Of a DNA stretch of 35,133 bases, positions 33,011-35,133 are shown piece after piece. Position numbers and translations under genes: made by a program. The DNA is from a virus (Duplodnaviria > Caudoviricetes): positions 1-35,133 of IMG/VR virus record IMGVR_UViG_3300032226_000124. One strand, given 5' to 3'. Numbering within the stretch: the stretch's first letter is position 1; the number at the start of each line of letters is the position of its first letter. Below the pieces are notes generated by a model. The model had not been told where the DNA came from and did not search any database. It saw only the letters and a list, made by a program, of their open reading frames with translations.

Positions 33011-33808
33011 TTATCGGACTCTGCCCTCTCGGTAAGCAGCCATGATTTCATTTTGCATCATGTCATACTTGTCAGGGTCCGTTTGCATGAGTTTAATAAT
33101 GTCTGCACGACGGTAAATCTTCTTAGAGGGTGCTTCATCACTGCCCGAAGACACTGTGGTAGTGGCTGCTTTTACGGCTTGGCTACGGACCTCTTTCTCT
33201 GCTGATACTGTCTGCTGTGCTGCCTGTTTGCGTTCTTTCCAAATAGACAACAACTCGTCACCAGCATCATAATCAAAAGAACGGTCTGCACGAACAAACA
33301 ACTCTGCCCTCACTTTGGAGGCTGCAACCCAATTCTGGAATGCAGGATCGGCAACAACTTCTTGAAAGTCAGGATGCCGTGCTTTTAGTTCGTTAAACGC
33401 CTTTGCCGCTGCCATCTCAGATGAGAGTTTTTCAGCCTCTCTAATCTTTGGATGGTTTTCAATCGCCTTCTCTACCGCACGTTTAGGATCAGCGAAGAAA
33501 TCAACTTCTTCGTCAGCTTCCGATTGCAGTTGCTGTTTTGTTGTAGTTTGGGTCTTGATGAAGTCATCCACAACACGCCGTAATTCACCAACTTCACTGC
33601 CTTGTCTGCCAATTAACTTCTCGGCTTCCATGTGCATCTGAGCAATCTCTTTGGCGCTTTTACCCCGATACTTTTCGGGAACGTCCTCTTCAGCTTGCTC
33701 TTGAACAACCGGCTCTTCTGCTTTCGCTTCTGGTTCGGCTGTGCTAATGTCAGTCATTACTTCGTTAGGATCTACTTCTTCAACGCCTTCTTCAATAAAA
33801 CTAGCCAT
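33011..33808 (-). CDS. Capsid scaffolding protein
   Basis: Acidic N-terminus, PEKYRGKS, coiled coil, ends AYREGRVR; directly upstream of MCP. Confidence 0.85.
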   Translation of the reverse strand: MASFIEEGVEEVDPNEVMTDISTAEPEAKAEEPVVQEQAEEDVPEKYRGKSAKEIAQMHMEAEKLIGRQGSEVGELRRVVDDFIKTQTTTKQQLQSEADEEVDFFADPKRAVEKAIENHPKIREAEKLSSEMAAAKAFNELKARHPDFQEVVADPAFQNWVAASKVRAELFVRADRSFDYDAGDELLSIWKERKQAAQQTVSAEKEVRSQAVKAATTTVSSGSDEAPSKKIYRRADIIKLMQTDPDKYDMMQNEIMAAYREGRVR

Positions 33809-33871
33809 CTATTGTCTCCCGTGCCTCAACAGCATTAAGAAAGAACACTTATTACGTTTGAGGGGGTTCTC

Positions 33872-34114
33872 TTATCCCTCCGAAATACCAACTTTACGTT
33901 CATACTTCATGTGCGACTCTCGCCGCTTCTCCCAGGCTCTGCTTGCAGAAGGAAAATCACCTGTGATGCCTTCTAAAGAGATTCTAGGAGCAGAGATAAG
34001 CCTTGTAGCGTCATTTGTACAGTGTGGGCACTGTATGACTGTTACTGACTCATCTACATACTTTTCGCTTATGTGCGCTTTGGCACAGCGGAATTCAAAT
34101 ATTCTTCTCGCCAT
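33872..34114 (-). CDS. FmdB-like Zn-ribbon protein
   Basis: FEFRC...H...CPHC...RLISAP. Confidence 0.75.
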   Translation of the reverse strand: MARRIFEFRCAKAHISEKYVDESVTVIQCPHCTNDATRLISAPRISLEGITGDFPSASRAWEKRRESHMKYERKVGISEG

Positions 34115-34337
34115 TTTGCAGTTCCTCGTAGGTTTGTTGTGACAAGTCTTTTAGACCAATGATGTAGTCTAAAATATCGACCTGTCCTTTTCTAAACTCT
34201 AGGGTCACTGCATCGCAGTTGCGGATGTTCTCGTACTGGGTACGCATCTCTAATAGGTCTTCTAGGAGTTGCGACCACGCTGTGGTGGTCATCATAGAAA
34301 GCCTGTCTTCGTAATACTGCTGTAATTCTGGTAACAT
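34095..34337 (-). CDS. Conserved hypothetical protein downstream of portal (80 aa)
   Basis: W..L...FRKGQ..IL motif; position. Confidence 0.78.
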   Translation of the reverse strand: MLPELQQYYEDRLSMMTTTAWSQLLEDLLEMRTQYENIRNCDAVTLEFRKGQVDILDYIIGLKDLSQQTYEELQNGEKNI

Positions 34338-34344
34338 TGTTGTA

Positions 34345-34373
34345 ATTCTACCACACTTTTCTTATTTTGTCAA
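34345..34373 (-). promoter_or_regulatory. sigma70-type promoter for the head operon
   Basis: TTGACA-17 nt-TAGAAT with extended -10 TG. Confidence 0.82.
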
Positions 34374-34401
34374 GCACTTTTTACCGCTTTTGTCAAGTTT
34401 T

Positions 34402-35133
34402 TTATTTTTGACGGGCAGCAACGACCTGAAGGTTAGCAATTTCCTTCTTAGTGTCAATATCTTTCTCTTTTAGTGCCAGATTTGCTACTTTTATACGTCT
34501 TTCAAACTCTGCGGTGGGGTTATTAGAGTCTGAGAGGTACTTAGAGGCGCTAGCAGCCAGCGAAGCCTGCAATTCTGCTGGTTTCAACTGCGTATCTACA
34601 GCCTCTGCCTGTGCTTTGGTCTGGTTTAGGAGCACTTCAGACTCAAGTTTGGCGTTTTGTAGCTGTGCATTCTGCATTTGTAGCTGCTGAACCATCTGTT
34701 GAGCCTGCTGTGCTTCAGGATTGGGCTGCGACATCTGATCCATCTGTGCAACAATCTGCTCACGGTTGTTCAAACCGCTGTTTTCGATGATGGCTCTGAG
34801 CACAATTGGCACAACAGGGCTATCTGGACCCAAGGTTTTGAGTAGATTCATAAACTGCATCTGCTCATACTCACGGGCGATGATGCCTAGATTGCTAGAA
34901 GCAATGAAATTGAAGTCCTGTGCAGGGTAGTTCTCTGGATCAAACTGCATAAACCGATAAGCAGACTTCTTTACAAACGGGATCAGGAACTGCTCTTGGA
35001 AGTTAACTAGGGTTCTCTTATTCTTCTTAATAATGGCTGAGAGGCCAGCGCTCATGCCAGCACCATCTGCTGTGGTGGGAGCAGGCATAGTCGAACTATC
35101 TACCGTGCCAGTAGCCATCAGCATCATCCGCAT
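34402..35133 (-). CDS. Portal protein, C-terminal part (truncated at the right edge)
   Basis: ATGTVDS...KRTLVNFQE.FLIP...QFDPE.YP...LGIIAREYE, with a Gln-rich coiled-coil tail; complements 1-1106. Confidence 0.9.
   Translation of the reverse strand: MRMMLMATGTVDSSTMPAPTTADGAGMSAGLSAIIKKNKRTLVNFQEQFLIPFVKKSAYRFMQFDPENYPAQDFNFIASSNLGIIAREYEQMQFMNLLKTLGPDSPVVPIVLRAIIENSGLNNREQIVAQMDQMSQPNPEAQQAQQMVQQLQMQNAQLQNAKLESEVLLNQTKAQAEAVDTQLKPAELQASLAASASKYLSDSNNPTAEFERRIKVANLALKEKDIDTKKEIANLQVVAARQK

Noticed and set aside
1-35133. Terminal redundancy indicating a closed circular contig
   Set aside because: The first and last bases do not overlap, and the portal halves do not appear to join directly.

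Overview
This is a near-complete genome (about 35.1 kb) of a tailed dsDNA phage, most likely a lytic podovirus. It is opened inside the portal gene, whose N-terminal part lies at 1-1106 and C-terminal part at 34402-35133, both on the minus strand. The plus arm (3534-17796) carries small early genes, a C5-methyltransferase-like gene, a T7-like replisome without RNA polymerase (primase-helicase, family A DNA polymerase, SSB, 5'-3' exonuclease, resolvase), a glycosyltransferase and a class II B12-dependent ribonucleotide reductase. The minus arm carries terminase, portal, scaffold, capsid, collagen-like and Gly-rich fibre genes, a 2OG-Fe(II) oxygenase, four tiny Lys-rich proteins, tail and ejection proteins, holin and lysozyme. 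The arms converge at a UUCG terminator (about 17817-17841), a layout reminiscent of cobavirus/Zobellviridae-like phages (inference). No integrase, tRNA, CRISPR array or mobile element was seen. The most striking signal is non-coding: the divergent control region 2820-3533 holds a face-to-face pair of sigma54 (-24/-12) promoter motifs, an NtrC-like box about 108 bp upstream of one of them, three PhaR-like boxes, an IHF site and terminus-like repeats. A third, perfect sigma54 motif precedes the replication genes, and no phage enhancer-binding protein was recognised. This suggests phage transcription wired to host nitrogen and carbon-storage regulators. All assignments come from reading motifs by eye; no searches were run.
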